This document shows positions 26,920-37,544 of a DNA stretch of 64,000 bases, piece after piece; the first letter of the stretch is position 1, and every line of letters begins with the position of its first letter. Under the pieces are notes generated by a model, which ran no database searches, was not told the origin of the DNA, and saw nothing but the letters and a program-made list of their open reading frames with translations. The DNA lies in assembly GCA_049115815.1 (NCBI GenBank), contig JAGDZO010000010.1, positions 180,895-244,894 on the forward strand, given 5' to 3'. A program made the translations under genes and the position numbers. This DNA comes from Cyclobacteriaceae bacterium. Lineage in GTDB: Bacteria > Bacteroidota > Bacteroidia > Cytophagales > Cyclobacteriaceae.

Positions 26920-27994
26920 AATCTTCTTCCTCTTCGTCTTCCTCCAACCTATAAGCAGTAGGCTTTCCTTTGTTGAGCTTGAAGCTAAATGTTGATCCTT
27001 TCTTTAATTCACTTGTAACCTCTACACTAGATCCATGACCTTCCATGATGTGTTTGACGATGGATAAGCCCAATCCTGTTCCTCCTTTTTCTTTTGATCT
27101 ACTTTTCTCTACTCTATAGAACCTTTCGAAAATACGACTAAGATCTTCCTTAGGGATTCCTCTGCCGGTATCAATTACGGAGGTCAAAATTTGACCATTC
27201 TCTTCTTTAAATTCAATCTTGACCTTGCCTTTTTTCTTGGTGTACTTGATGGCGTTGGAAATCAAGTTGGTCATGACTTGATAAATGCGCTGATAATCTC
27301 CTTCGACGAAGTGTTGTTCATCGGGATTCTTTATTTTCATAGAGATATCATTCTTGGCAGCTTTATCTTCTAATTGATCCACTATTTCTTTAGTCAAGGC
27401 CACAATATCGAAATACTCAAAATGCATTTTGATTTCGCCAGTTTCCATTTGGGAAATAGTGAGCAACTCGTGAACGAGGATATCTAACCCGTCAAGACTT
27501 TTGGCAGCCTTCTTAAGAAATTTACCTCTTACTTTTTTGTCTTCTACCGCACCATCTAGCAATGTGTGAACAAATCCCTGCGCCGCGAAAATCGGAGTTT
27601 TAAGTTCGTGTGATACATCAGCCATAAACTCTCTCCTGAAAGTTTCCATTCTTTTCAACTCAGATATTTCTAACTGCTTTTTCTGGGCATAGCTAAATAT
27701 TTCTCTGTTGATACGTTTGAGGGGATTGAATGATGCCCTTCTGGCTGGTTTGGTAATGTTTGATAATTCCTGATCCTTGAATTCGTTCAATGCTTCATTG
27801 ATATCATTGATATGTCTGAAGAACAAAAACTCGAGGACCATTCTTATAATAATATAGGATGCGCAAAATGTGATCCCGAAAGCAATGGCGAGCGCAGATG
27901 GCAAAATGGTAGGAACCAGCGCCAAAAATGCGATGGTAATAAAGGAAATGACAACTCCTAGCAACAAAGCCAGGCCTCTAGAATTGATAATCAT
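26912..27994 (-). CDS. Sensor histidine kinase with a minimal extracytoplasmic loop
   Basis: 360 aa. Two N-terminal TM helices are separated by only a few residues. It has the H-box SHELKTP, an N-box NLISNAIKY and the G-box GTGLGLSIVKHI, with no PAS or large sensor domain. Confidence 0.88.
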   Translation of the reverse strand: MIINSRGLALLLGVVISFITIAFLALVPTILPSALAIAFGITFCASYIIIRMVLEFLFFRHINDINEALNEFKDQELSNITKPARRASFNPLKRINREIFSYAQKKQLEISELKRMETFRREFMADVSHELKTPIFAAQGFVHTLLDGAVEDKKVRGKFLKKAAKSLDGLDILVHELLTISQMETGEIKMHFEYFDIVALTKEIVDQLEDKAAKNDISMKIKNPDEQHFVEGDYQRIYQVMTNLISNAIKYTKKKGKVKIEFKEENGQILTSVIDTGRGIPKEDLSRIFERFYRVEKSRSKEKGGTGLGLSIVKHIMEGHGSSVEVTSELKKGSTFSFKLNKGKPTAYRLEEDEEEEDYA

Positions 27995-28003
27995 GAAGTA
28001 GAG

Positions 28004-28690
28004 CTAGTTGGTTTCGAATTTGTAACCAACCCCTTTTACAGTTGAAATATAGCCGTCACCTATTTTTTCGCGCACCTTTCTAATATGTACGTCCACTGTT
28101 CTGGCCAGCACATACACATCTGTTCCCCATATGTTTTGTAGCAATTCATCCCTACTAAATACTTTACCGGGATTTTTCGCCAGAAAATATAACAGTTCAA
28201 ATTCCTTTTTTGGCAAGCTTATTTTTTCCTCATCTACAAATACTGTGTAGCTCGTTCGGTCTACAGTTAAGTTTTCAATCACTATCTGATTGGATTCCTT
28301 TTTCTTTTTGGACTCCCGTCTGAACAATGCATTGATTCTACTCACCAGGGCACGTGGTTTGATGGGCTTGGTGATGTAATCATCGGCACCCATATCAAAG
28401 GCGGCTACTTCTGAATATTCTTCAGAGCGGGCAGTTAAAAAGATGACGAATGAATTTATCAATTCAGGAATCTCACGTATTTGACGACATGTCTCCACAC
28501 CATCTTGTTTAGGCATCATGATATCGAGAATTATCAAATCTGGCACAAATGATTTAGCAATCTCCACTCCCTTGATGCCATCCAAGGCCGTTTTTACTTC
28601 ATAGCCTTCTTTTACGAGGTTGTATTTGAGTAATTCAAGAATGTCACCCTCATCATCAACTAGAAGAATTTTTTGATTGTTCTTGGCCAT
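28004..28690 (-). CDS. OmpR/PhoB-family response regulator
   Basis: 228 aa. The receiver domain has VDDEGD, LDIMMPKQDG and a conserved K (YITKP). A winged-helix output domain ends in GVGYKF. Confidence 0.9.
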   Translation of the reverse strand: MAKNNQKILLVDDEGDILELLKYNLVKEGYEVKTALDGIKGVEIAKSFVPDLIILDIMMPKQDGVETCRQIREIPELINSFVIFLTARSEEYSEVAAFDMGADDYITKPIKPRALVSRINALFRRESKKKKESNQIVIENLTVDRTSYTVFVDEEKISLPKKEFELLYFLAKNPGKVFSRDELLQNIWGTDVYVLARTVDVHIRKVREKIGDGYISTVKGVGYKFETN

Positions 28691-28853
28691 GGTTCACTTA
28701 CTATTTTAAGAATCCGTTTGCTGAGCGTATTACCCTCAAATTAATCTTTATGACTGATGATTAAAACAACCGCCATCAATTGTTCTTCGATATTATTCAA
28801 ATTTAAATAGAATTCAATTTATCATTTAAAAGGTAACAATTTGATAACTGGCA

Positions 28854-29870
28854 CTAATGTCCATATTGCTCCTTGAGTCCTTTGAGCATAACCCGAATAT
28901 CTCCACCATAATTGTCCAATATAGATTGTATCGAGTCCTCTTGACTGTGATACCTTCTTTGAGCCATGAAATAGGCATTATTAGGAAGTCGCTTATCGAA
29001 AATATTTCGGTATCTCTCATTATAGAATTCACCTTTTTTTAGATCGTTCACTACTTGCTGAATCTGATATTGCTTCAGTGAATCTTTGAATTCTATTGGT
29101 TCATCATTAAAGGTTCCATAGAGACTATCAAGCTGCTCTGCTCCATGAAGTACGATTTTGGTGAGTAGCCTAGAATCTGCTTCGGATTGTAGGTACTCTA
29201 AATGCTGGGCAGAGCTATCGCCGAATACCGAAATCAGGAATTGTTCGGATCCTCGTTCGCCGATAAAAGAAGCCAGGTTCTCATTGAAAGCAACTTCACC
29301 TACTACAAATAATGTAGCGTGGGTGAGTTCATGGATGATGACTTCAGCAAGTGCACCATCATTTCTGCCAAGCATATTTGACAGCAGGGGATCTTCGAGT
29401 ATGCCTAAGGTTGACCATCCACCTACTCTTCTTACACGAGTGTCCAGCCCTAAGGCTTCCAATCGATTGGCTTCTTCCTTGGCTTTGTCCAAGTCGAAAT
29501 ATCCTTTATATGGCATAGCGCCTAAAAATGGGAATTCCCATTTATAAGGTTTTAGTTCGAACCGTTCGGATGCAGAGACATTCCAAAGTAGGGTTTTGCC
29601 TTGTTGGTCAAATAGTTTGGTGTAATTTTCTGAGTTTTTCAGACCAAGTGAGTCTATGGCGAACCTTCTCACTTCTTTTGTGAGAAGCAGCTTTTGTTTA
29701 AGTGAATCAGGGAAATCGGGATCATTAATAAATTCATCAATGGGTCGAGCATTGACTATCACATTGATTTGACCTTTGGTCTGTAGTATGCCATAATTGA
29801 CTAATTCCCAATGATAACTCAAAAATGCTATTATTATGAGCAAAACAACCCACAGTACTTTTTTGATCAT
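28854..29870 (-). CDS. Putative zinc aminopeptidase (DUF2265-like)
   Basis: 338 aa with an N-terminal TM/signal segment and a HExxH motif (IIHELTHAT). Its overall look matches the predicted aminopeptidase family. Confidence 0.55.
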   Translation of the reverse strand: MIKKVLWVVLLIIIAFLSYHWELVNYGILQTKGQINVIVNARPIDEFINDPDFPDSLKQKLLLTKEVRRFAIDSLGLKNSENYTKLFDQQGKTLLWNVSASERFELKPYKWEFPFLGAMPYKGYFDLDKAKEEANRLEALGLDTRVRRVGGWSTLGILEDPLLSNMLGRNDGALAEVIIHELTHATLFVVGEVAFNENLASFIGERGSEQFLISVFGDSSAQHLEYLQSEADSRLLTKIVLHGAEQLDSLYGTFNDEPIEFKDSLKQYQIQQVVNDLKKGEFYNERYRNIFDKRLPNNAYFMAQRRYHSQEDSIQSILDNYGGDIRVMLKGLKEQYGH

Positions 29871-29966
29871 TTTATTACTAAAAAAATTAGTTTTAATAGT
29901 GTATTTATAAGAAAGAAAGTAGTTTTACCACTTTAGATCGAACATCACCAAACCATATTAATAGAA

Positions 29967-30998
29967 ATGTCGGATAATTCAGAAAAACTCAAAGCACTCC
30001 AATTAACCATTGACAAATTGGAGAAATCCTACGGTAAAGGTACAATCATGAAATTGTCTGACAATAAGGTGTTGGATATACCTACTATTTCTACTGGTTC
30101 TTTAGGCCTTGATATTGCTCTTGGGGTGGGAGGTATACCAAAGGGTAGGGTGATTGAAGTGTATGGACCTGAATCCTCGGGTAAGACGACACTCGCTATG
30201 CATTGTATAGCAGAAGCACAGAAGAAAGGAGGCTTGGCTGCTATTGTAGATGCGGAGCATGCATTTGATAAGTTGTATGCCGAGAAACTAGGGATTGATA
30301 CTGAGAATTTATTGATTTCACAACCTGATAATGGTGAGCAGGCATTGGAGATAGCAGAACACTTGATTCGTTCTGGCGCTATTGATATTATTGTTATTGA
30401 CTCTGTGGCAGCTTTGGTTCCGAGAGCTGAGCTCGAAGGGGAAATGGGAGACAGTAAAATGGGACTACAGGCGAGGTTGATGTCTCAAGCATTGAGAAAG
30501 CTTACAGGCGCGATTAATAAGACTGGATGTGCTTGTATTTTCATTAACCAATTGAGGGAAAAAATTGGTGTTATGTTTGGTAACCCTGAAACCACTACTG
30601 GTGGTAATGCATTGAAATTTTACGCTTCTGTAAGACTCGATATAAGAAGGATAGGGCAGATTAAGGAGAGCGCTGACAACATAATGGGTAACCGTACTCG
30701 TGTGAAAGTGGTGAAAAACAAAGTAGCTCCTCCATTCAAGGTAGTCGAGTTTGATATCATGTATGGTAAGGGTATCAGTAAATCGGGCGAGGTTCTAGAT
30801 ATTGGTGTAGAGCTTGATATTGTCAAGAAATCGGGATCATGGTTCTCGTACAATGACAACAAGCTGGGGCAAGGAAGAGATTCTGTGAAGCAGTTGATAG
30901 AGGACAATCCAGAACTAATGGAAGAAATAGAAGCCAAAATCAAGGAGAAGATTCGTGGGGATGTAGAATTGGATACTGAAGAAATAGCAGTAGAATAA
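29967..30998 (+). CDS. recA: Recombinase RecA
   Basis: 343 aa with Walker [10 protein letters not shown] and the conserved L1/L2 regions. Confidence 0.98.
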   Translation: MSDNSEKLKALQLTIDKLEKSYGKGTIMKLSDNKVLDIPTISTGSLGLDIALGVGGIPKGRVIEVYGPESSGKTTLAMHCIAEAQKKGGLAAIVDAEHAFDKLYAEKLGIDTENLLISQPDNGEQALEIAEHLIRSGAIDIIVIDSVAALVPRAELEGEMGDSKMGLQARLMSQALRKLTGAINKTGCACIFINQLREKIGVMFGNPETTTGGNALKFYASVRLDIRRIGQIKESADNIMGNRTRVKVVKNKVAPPFKVVEFDIMYGKGISKSGEVLDIGVELDIVKKSGSWFSYNDNKLGQGRDSVKQLIEDNPELMEEIEAKIKEKIRGDVELDTEEIAVE

Positions 30999-31027
30999 AC
31001 CTTGGAGCCAATCTGAGAGATAGATAC

Positions 31028-31059
31028 AAAAAAACCGAATCGCGAGATTCGGTTTTTTT
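31028..31059. terminator. Bidirectional intrinsic terminator
   Basis: AAAAAAACCGAATC-gcga-GATTCGGTTTTTTT, between the convergent recA and ABC permease genes. Confidence 0.8.
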
Positions 31060-31082
31060 GTTGAATAATGTGTTCAAACAAC

Positions 31083-32336
31083 TTATTGCGTCCTGATAGC
31101 GATTACTGGATCCATGCGAGCGGCCATTGCGGCAGGGATGATTCCACTGGCCATTCCAATGACTGCAGATACTCCAAGGCCAAGCATAATGTTGGAGAAG
31201 CTCAATACCAAATCTAATGAGCCAAGACTGACGAATGACAACATCCAGACCAGCAAAATCCCAACGCCACCACCGATGATACTAAGGAATACTGATTCAA
31301 AAAGGAATTGAAAAAGAATAAAATAATTCTTTGCACCTAGAGACTTCTGAATGCCAATGATATTGGTTCGCTCCCTTACAGAGACAAACATAATGTTGGC
31401 AATACCGAATCCTCCAACCAAAATGGAGAACCCGCCGATAACCCAGCCAGCCAAACCAATTACATCAAAGGTCGAGCCTATGAAATTGGCTATTGCTTCT
31501 GGCCTATTCAGTGCAAACGAGTCTTCCTCCTTAGGTTTTAAGGCTCGCTTTTTCCGCATTAATCCTCTTAGTTCAGCCTCTAGCTCCACCAAACCAATAT
31601 CTTTATCCAGACCTTTTACTGTGATACGCGGTTCCACGCCATTGCGCCTACCAGAGTAAAATATCTTCACAAACGATTTGTAGGGCATATATATGTTTTC
31701 ATCATTGGAAGGACCTCCAAGGAAACTTTCTCCTTCCTCTTTGATTACCCCAATGACATGATATTTCAACCCCTTTATTTTCACATTCTTACCGATGGGG
31801 TTTTGATCCGGAAACAACTCTTTAACTGATCTGTGCCCGAGAATAACGACGTTTCTCCCAGCAGCAGTTTCCTGAGGCGTGAAATAACGTCCTTTGATGA
31901 TAGGTATCTCATAGACGTCTTTATGGTCAAACACCACACCTAGTAAATCAAGGTCACGACTGCTACTGCTATTGTATTTGGCCGTAACTCCACCTCTCAC
32001 TGTGAAAATTGACATGGCTTGCGCATTTTTCACATTCTCTCTAAGGAATTCATATTCGTCATAATCTGGATATGGTCGCTGCATATATTTCCACCAAGGA
32101 TAAGGCCCTCCTCCAAATCCATATGGCCATTTCTCTACGTTGATATTGTTAGTCCCCAGGAAGCTCAAACTGTCTTTGATGCTTCGCTCAAGCGAGTCTA
32201 CTAAAGTAAATACGGCTATGATCGCGAAGATCCCGATGGTGACACCTAGTAAAGAAAGCGTAGTTCTCAGCAGGTTCATTCGGAGAGCGTTCCAAGCGAA
32301 ACGAAAACTTTCAAGGATTAATCTTAAGATATGCAC
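31083..32336 (-). CDS. ABC transporter permease, MacB/FtsX-like
   Basis: 417 aa with an N-terminal TM helix, a large periplasmic MacB-like domain, and three C-terminal FtsX-type TM helices. No ATPase gene is adjacent. Confidence 0.8.
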   Translation of the reverse strand: MHILRLILESFRFAWNALRMNLLRTTLSLLGVTIGIFAIIAVFTLVDSLERSIKDSLSFLGTNNINVEKWPYGFGGGPYPWWKYMQRPYPDYDEYEFLRENVKNAQAMSIFTVRGGVTAKYNSSSSRDLDLLGVVFDHKDVYEIPIIKGRYFTPQETAAGRNVVILGHRSVKELFPDQNPIGKNVKIKGLKYHVIGVIKEEGESFLGGPSNDENIYMPYKSFVKIFYSGRRNGVEPRITVKGLDKDIGLVELEAELRGLMRKKRALKPKEEDSFALNRPEAIANFIGSTFDVIGLAGWVIGGFSILVGGFGIANIMFVSVRERTNIIGIQKSLGAKNYFILFQFLFESVFLSIIGGGVGILLVWMLSFVSLGSLDLVLSFSNIMLGLGVSAVIGMASGIIPAAMAARMDPVIAIRTQ

Positions 32337-32405
32337 AATGCTAATTTTGAGGGTTGATAAGTTAATGTAATATCCATTTTATGCTAGAGAAACAAAACTT
32401 TTCAC

Positions 32406-32413
32406 TAATTTTG
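32406..32413 (+). promoter_or_regulatory. Candidate -7 box (TAATTTTG) for queA
   Basis: An exact TAnnTTTG match 45 nt upstream of the queA ATG. No clean -33 TTTG is present. Confidence 0.3.
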
Positions 32414-32457
32414 CGGACTTATTTTGTCAATAAAATTGATTAATTCAATCATAGAAT

Positions 32458-33504
32458 ATGAAATTATCTGCTTTCAAATTTGATCTTCCATCTAGCCACA
32501 TTGCACTTCACCCTACTGAAAACCGAGACGAATCTCGTTTGATGGTTATTCATAAGGACTCTGGAAAGATAGAACATAAAACTTTTAAGGATGTTGTGGA
32601 TTATTTCGGTGAGGATGATATGATTGTCATCAACGACACTAAAGTTTTCCCAGCTAGGTTATACGGCAATAAGGAGAAAACTGGTGCAAAAATTGAAGTT
32701 TTTCTTTTGAGAGAGCTCAATAAAGAAATGAAACTGTGGGATGTACTTGTAGATCCAGCAAGAAAAATTCGTGTTGGCAATAAGCTTTACTTCGGTGAGG
32801 GAGAATTGGTAGCAGAGGTAATTGACAACACTACCTCACGTGGAAGAACCATCAGATTCCTGTTTGATGGTGATGATACTGATTTTTACAAGATGATTGA
32901 CAGATTGGGAGAAACTCCTCTTCCTAAGAATATAGAGCGCGAGGCTGAGCCAGAAGATAGAGAGCGTTTTCAGACGATCTATGCAAAAAACGTGGGAGCT
33001 GTAGCTGCACCAACAGCAGGGCTTCACTTCACACCTCAGCTTCTGAAAAGATTGGAAATCAAAGGTGTGGATATCAATGCTGTGACATTGCATATCGGAT
33101 TAGGTACTTTCAGGCCTGTAGATGTGGAAGACTTGACCAAGCACAAAATGGATTCAGAGAATTATTTTGTGGGTGAAGAAACAGCTACTAGAGTAAACAG
33201 AGCACTAGACGATAAGAAAAGGGTAGTGGCCGTGGGTACAACTGTTATGCGTACCTTGGAATCTTCGGTATCCGCTGGTGGTAGATTGAAAGCAAACACG
33301 GGCTGGACTGATAAGTTCATCTTCCCTCAATATGACTTCAAGATTTGTAATGCGCTCATTACAAACTTTCACTTACCTGAATCAACTTTGTTGATGATGG
33401 CATCTGCATTTGGAGGGTATGATCTCGTCATGGAAGCATACCAAGTAGCAATGAAAGAAAAATATAGATTCTTTACCTACGGTGACGCTATGTTGATCAT
33501 CTAA
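32458..33504 (+). CDS. queA: S-adenosylmethionine:tRNA ribosyltransferase-isomerase
   Basis: 348 aa with [43 protein letters not shown] and [11 protein letters not shown]. Confidence 0.95.
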   Translation: MKLSAFKFDLPSSHIALHPTENRDESRLMVIHKDSGKIEHKTFKDVVDYFGEDDMIVINDTKVFPARLYGNKEKTGAKIEVFLLRELNKEMKLWDVLVDPARKIRVGNKLYFGEGELVAEVIDNTTSRGRTIRFLFDGDDTDFYKMIDRLGETPLPKNIEREAEPEDRERFQTIYAKNVGAVAAPTAGLHFTPQLLKRLEIKGVDINAVTLHIGLGTFRPVDVEDLTKHKMDSENYFVGEETATRVNRALDDKKRVVAVGTTVMRTLESSVSAGGRLKANTGWTDKFIFPQYDFKICNALITNFHLPESTLLMMASAFGGYDLVMEAYQVAMKEKYRFFTYGDAMLII

Positions 33505-33520
33505 TCATTAGATTAGAGTT

Positions 33521-34195
33521 ATGCTGAAAAGTGTAATAATAGTAGCGGGTGGTAGTGGTACAAGAATGCAAAATTCTTTACCTAAGCAATTCATTAAAGT
33601 ATTAGAGAAGCCTCTGATGGTACATACCATCGAGGCTTTTTTGCATTATGATTCTGAAATCCAGGTAGTAGTGGTCTTGCCTCATGATCATTTTGATACC
33701 TGGAATGAGATCAAAAAGGAGTATTTAACTGATCAGGAGATAGGAATTGCAGAAGGTGGGGAAACACGCTTTCAAAGCGTCCGACAGGGATTGAAACTGG
33801 TAAAAGGCGAATTGGTAGCGATACATGATGCGGTTCGGCCAATGATATCAAGCGAGGTAATAGACGCGGCTTTCCAATCTGCCATGAAGAAGGGCAGTGG
33901 TGTAGCCATGGTTCCTGTAAAGGATTCTATTCGAGAGACCCATGGTGATCAGACTATTGCAAGAGATAGAAGCTTATACTATCAAGTACAAACTCCCCAG
34001 ACTTTTCAAATGAGCCTAATATCCAAGGCATTTGAGAGAAAGGAGATGACTACTTTTACTGATGATGCTTCTGTATTCGAAGCTGCCGGGATGAGCGTGG
34101 AGCGCGTCGATGGAGACTATAGAAATATCAAAATCACTACTCCTGAGGATCTTATCTTGGCAGAAGCCATTCTCAAAAACGAAAAAAGCCTCTGA
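33521..34195 (+). CDS. ispD: 2-C-methyl-D-erythritol 4-phosphate cytidylyltransferase
   Basis: 224 aa with IIVAGGSGTRM, IHDAVRP and NIKITTPEDL. Confidence 0.93.
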   Translation: MLKSVIIVAGGSGTRMQNSLPKQFIKVLEKPLMVHTIEAFLHYDSEIQVVVVLPHDHFDTWNEIKKEYLTDQEIGIAEGGETRFQSVRQGLKLVKGELVAIHDAVRPMISSEVIDAAFQSAMKKGSGVAMVPVKDSIRETHGDQTIARDRSLYYQVQTPQTFQMSLISKAFERKEMTTFTDDASVFEAAGMSVERVDGDYRNIKITTPEDLILAEAILKNEKSL

Positions 34196-34216
34196 ATAGA
34201 GGCTCTATATTTTTTC
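34182..34216. terminator. Stem-loop overlapping the ispD stop codon
   Basis: AGCCTCT-gaat-AGAGGCT, with an A-run upstream and a T-run 6 nt downstream. It lies between the convergent ispD and DUF2795 genes. Confidence 0.5.
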
Positions 34217-34234
34217 AAGAAAGTATTAACTCTG

Positions 34235-34456
34235 CTAATACTCGTCTTCATTAAAGAAGAAATCTTCCTTAGTAGGGTAATCAGGCCATATTTCTTCTAT
34301 GCTTTCAAATGGATTACCATCGTCATCAAGCTCTTGCAAGTTCTCCACTACCTCCAATGGTGCTCCAGATCTGATAGAGAAGTCAATCAATTCATCTTTG
34401 ACTGCTGGCCAAGGAGCGTCTTCTAAATATGAAGCTAATTCTAGTGTCCAATACAT
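34235..34456 (-). CDS. DUF2795-like small acidic protein
   Basis: 73 aa. LELASYLEDAPWPAVKDELIDFSIRSGAPLEVVENLQEL resembles the DUF2795 pattern. Confidence 0.55.
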   Translation of the reverse strand: MYWTLELASYLEDAPWPAVKDELIDFSIRSGAPLEVVENLQELDDDGNPFESIEEIWPDYPTKEDFFFNEDEY

Positions 34457-34553
34457 AATGGTGTGCCTTTAAAATTTCGTGCAAAAATAGATTTTAAAAC
34501 GTAAAATCAAATTTTTTTCTTCTTTATCTGTTTTAGTCTCGTTTTCATGGTCA

Positions 34554-35768
34554 TCATGAATCTTTTTTCATGATGCTCATTAACTTTTCTTTTGTTGCAA
34601 TTTTAGCCTGTTGTTGTGAAATTTTCTTTTCCACTAAGTCAATCATGCCTCCTTTTGGAGTTGAAAAATTGGCTGAGTTTTCCTGATATTTTTCTAAGTC
34701 CGCTTTATCACGATTAATCAACTCTTGTAATATGGCTATTCGAATTTTTGCCTTCTTAGGTTTCTCTAATTCTCTAAAATTTTTAAATCTTTTTTGTGCC
34801 AGCTTATCAATGAAGTCTTTTTCCAATAGTATCTGGATTCTATCGAAAGCATCCTGACGTTGGGTTTTTCCTTCTTGATCCTGAGGTCTATAATCTTTCA
34901 GTTGGACTTTGAGTGCTTCCAATTGCTTGAATCCATACTTGACCTTGCCTTCGGTATAATCTTCAATGGTCTTGAAAACCTTAGTTAGATCCAATGGAGC
35001 TTTTGAGGAGGTAGCGGGCTTTGATGTTAGGTTATGGTTGAATGCTTTAAGCAATGGGACAAAATCTTCCTTTTGAATGTTTCCTACCTCCTCCCATTGA
35101 GATTTTAGTTCATTGATCTTATTTGCCTTAGCTTCTCCAGATAAGTAGCCTACTTTCTTGGCCTCATCTACCAGACCTTGGTAAGCTTTTTTTCTTTTAT
35201 CGCCTAGCCTTTTCTTATCCTCATAAAACTCCTTTTTCTTTTCAAAGAATGCATCTATCACGCCCCAAAACTGCTGTTCTAGTTCTTCTTGATCTTCTTC
35301 TTTCGGGCTTCCAGTTTTGATCCATTTGGCCTTGATGTCATGGATCTCTTGAGTGGCTTCTTTCCAATTGATTTTCTCAGAAGCGGTAGTGATCTCAGCA
35401 ATAAGCGCTCGCTTGATTTCAGAATTGCGCTGACGATTGGCCTCTATCAGTCCTTGAAGTTTGCTTTCGATGTTTAGTAATCGGGTTTCAAGAGCTGCAT
35501 AATCCCCCAGGCCATCGTGCTTTGCCAGCAGTTCCCTCAGATGAATCAATTTCATGAGGAAAGATCCTTTGTTTTGAGATGATTCAATGTTTGACTCAAG
35601 CTGATCTACTTTGGCTTTGAGATCAGAAAAGCGATTCTCAAAATACTTAACAGACTGCTCAGGATCACTTTTGACCTCACCTATCAATCGATCATCATGC
35701 GAACCCCATGCATTTAAGTAGATACGATTCTCAATGATTTTTCCGAAAGGTATGTTTGCTTCGCTCAC
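34554..35768 (-). CDS. DUF349 repeat protein
   Basis: 404 aa and highly charged, with repeated W-x-x-x-G...E...F helical modules (KAKWIKTGSPKEEDQEELEQQFWGVIDAFFEKKKEFYE; KSQWEEVGNIQKEDF). Confidence 0.7.
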   Translation of the reverse strand: MSEANIPFGKIIENRIYLNAWGSHDDRLIGEVKSDPEQSVKYFENRFSDLKAKVDQLESNIESSQNKGSFLMKLIHLRELLAKHDGLGDYAALETRLLNIESKLQGLIEANRQRNSEIKRALIAEITTASEKINWKEATQEIHDIKAKWIKTGSPKEEDQEELEQQFWGVIDAFFEKKKEFYEDKKRLGDKRKKAYQGLVDEAKKVGYLSGEAKANKINELKSQWEEVGNIQKEDFVPLLKAFNHNLTSKPATSSKAPLDLTKVFKTIEDYTEGKVKYGFKQLEALKVQLKDYRPQDQEGKTQRQDAFDRIQILLEKDFIDKLAQKRFKNFRELEKPKKAKIRIAILQELINRDKADLEKYQENSANFSTPKGGMIDLVEKKISQQQAKIATKEKLMSIMKKDS

Positions 35769-35849
35769 GATCCTAAATCTGTTATTCTATGCTCTTATTA
35801 CAACGGATAAATGAAGTAACTTGGTCTTCTTTTTTGAAATTAAGCAAAA

Positions 35850-37529
35850 ATGTCTGACGAAAAAATAATCTTTTCAATGGCGGGGGTCAACAAGATCTAC
35901 CCTCCAAAGAAACAAGTACTTAAAAATATTTATCTCTCCTTTTTTTATGGAGCTAAGATAGGCGTGTTGGGGCTAAATGGTTCAGGAAAGTCCTCATTAT
36001 TGCGAATCATCGCGGGTGTAGATCAAGAGTATCAGGGTGAAGTGGTCTTTTCGCAGGGGTTCAGTGTAGGGATGCTTGAGCAAGAACCAAAGTTGGATCC
36101 TGATAAAACAGTGAAGGAGGTAATCAGCGAAGCTGTGTCCGAGATTACTGATTTGCTGAAAGAATACGACGAAATCAATTTGAAATTCGGCGATCAGGAA
36201 ATACTAGATGATCCCGATAAAATGAATAAACTGATCGAGAAGCAAGGCGAGGTGCAAGAAAAGCTGGATCAGATGGGCACATGGGAACTTGACAATAAGT
36301 TGGAACGTGCCATGGATGCGCTTAGAACGCCACCAGAAGACGCAATAATCAAAAACCTATCTGGAGGTGAGAAACGGAGGGTAGCGCTTTGTCGCCTATT
36401 GCTACAAGAACCCGACGTATTGTTGCTCGATGAGCCTACCAATCACTTGGATGCTGAATCTGTTCATTGGCTAGAGCAGCACTTGAAACAATACGAGGGT
36501 ACAGTCATCGCTGTGACTCATGATAGGTATTTTCTAGATAATGTGGCTGGATGGATATTGGAACTGGATCGGGGAGAAGGTATTCCTTGGAAAGGGAACT
36601 ATAGCTCTTGGCTAGATCAGAAGCAGAAGAGATTAGCAGATGAGGAAAAATCCCAATCCAAAAGGCAGAAGACGCTAGAGCGCGAGTTGGAATGGGTACG
36701 AATGACTCCAAAAGGTCGACAGGCAAAAGCCAAGGCTAGACTTTCGGCTTATGATAAATTGCTAGGAGAAGAAGGAAAAGAAAAAGAATCACAACTAGAG
36801 TTGTATATCCCACCCGGGCCTAGACTAGGAGCCAAGGTGATTGAAGCGCAAGGCGTGTCGAAATCTTACGGTGACAAGCTGTTGTTTGAAGATCTTACTT
36901 TCAGTTTGCCACAGGGTGGAATTGTAGGGGTAGTTGGCCCGAACGGTGCTGGTAAAACGACTTTGTTTAACCTGATCACGGGGAGAGAGAAACCAGATGC
37001 CGGTACCTTCGATGTGGGTAGTACTGTAGAAATGGCTTACGTGGATCAAGAACATGATGATCTGAAGTCGGATGATACTGTTTTTCAGTCAATATCAGGA
37101 GGCAATGAAATCATTCAGCTTGGTGATAAGGAAATGAACGCAAGAGCTTATGTAAGCAGGTTCAATTTTTCAGGTTCTGACCAGACCAAGAAGGTAGGTG
37201 TACTTTCTGGGGGAGAGCGAAACAGGGTTCACCTGGCAATAACATTGAAACAAAGCGCCAATCTGATCTTACTTGATGAGCCGACCAATGATTTGGATGT
37301 GAATACACTCCGGGCGTTGGAGGAAGGCTTAGAGAACTTTGCAGGATGTGCTGTGATCATCTCTCACGATAGGTGGTTTCTTGATCGTATATGCACCCAT
37401 ATATTGGCCTATGAAGGGAATTCACAAGTGTATTGGTTCGAAGGTAATTTTTCTGATTATGAGGAAAATCGAAAGAAACGCCTGGGAGACGAAGCACCGA
37501 AACGAATAAAGTACAGAAAGCTGAAATAA
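35850..37529 (+). CDS. ettA: ABC-F translational throttle protein EttA
   Basis: 559 aa with two ABC cassettes (GLNGSGKSS and GPNGAGKTT, with LSGGE signatures), an inter-domain linker and no TM domain. Confidence 0.9.
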   Translation: MSDEKIIFSMAGVNKIYPPKKQVLKNIYLSFFYGAKIGVLGLNGSGKSSLLRIIAGVDQEYQGEVVFSQGFSVGMLEQEPKLDPDKTVKEVISEAVSEITDLLKEYDEINLKFGDQEILDDPDKMNKLIEKQGEVQEKLDQMGTWELDNKLERAMDALRTPPEDAIIKNLSGGEKRRVALCRLLLQEPDVLLLDEPTNHLDAESVHWLEQHLKQYEGTVIAVTHDRYFLDNVAGWILELDRGEGIPWKGNYSSWLDQKQKRLADEEKSQSKRQKTLERELEWVRMTPKGRQAKAKARLSAYDKLLGEEGKEKESQLELYIPPGPRLGAKVIEAQGVSKSYGDKLLFEDLTFSLPQGGIVGVVGPNGAGKTTLFNLITGREKPDAGTFDVGSTVEMAYVDQEHDDLKSDDTVFQSISGGNEIIQLGDKEMNARAYVSRFNFSGSDQTKKVGVLSGGERNRVHLAITLKQSANLILLDEPTNDLDVNTLRALEEGLENFAGCAVIISHDRWFLDRICTHILAYEGNSQVYWFEGNFSDYEENRKKRLGDEAPKRIKYRKLK

Positions 37530-37544
37530 GTACGGAACAACAGC

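Noticed and set aside
30620-31081. 153-aa minus-strand ORF spanning the recA 3' end and the recA terminator.
   Set aside because: It is antisense to recA for most of its length and reads straight through a strong bidirectional terminator hairpin. The sequence is low-complexity and Ser-rich, so it is probably spurious.
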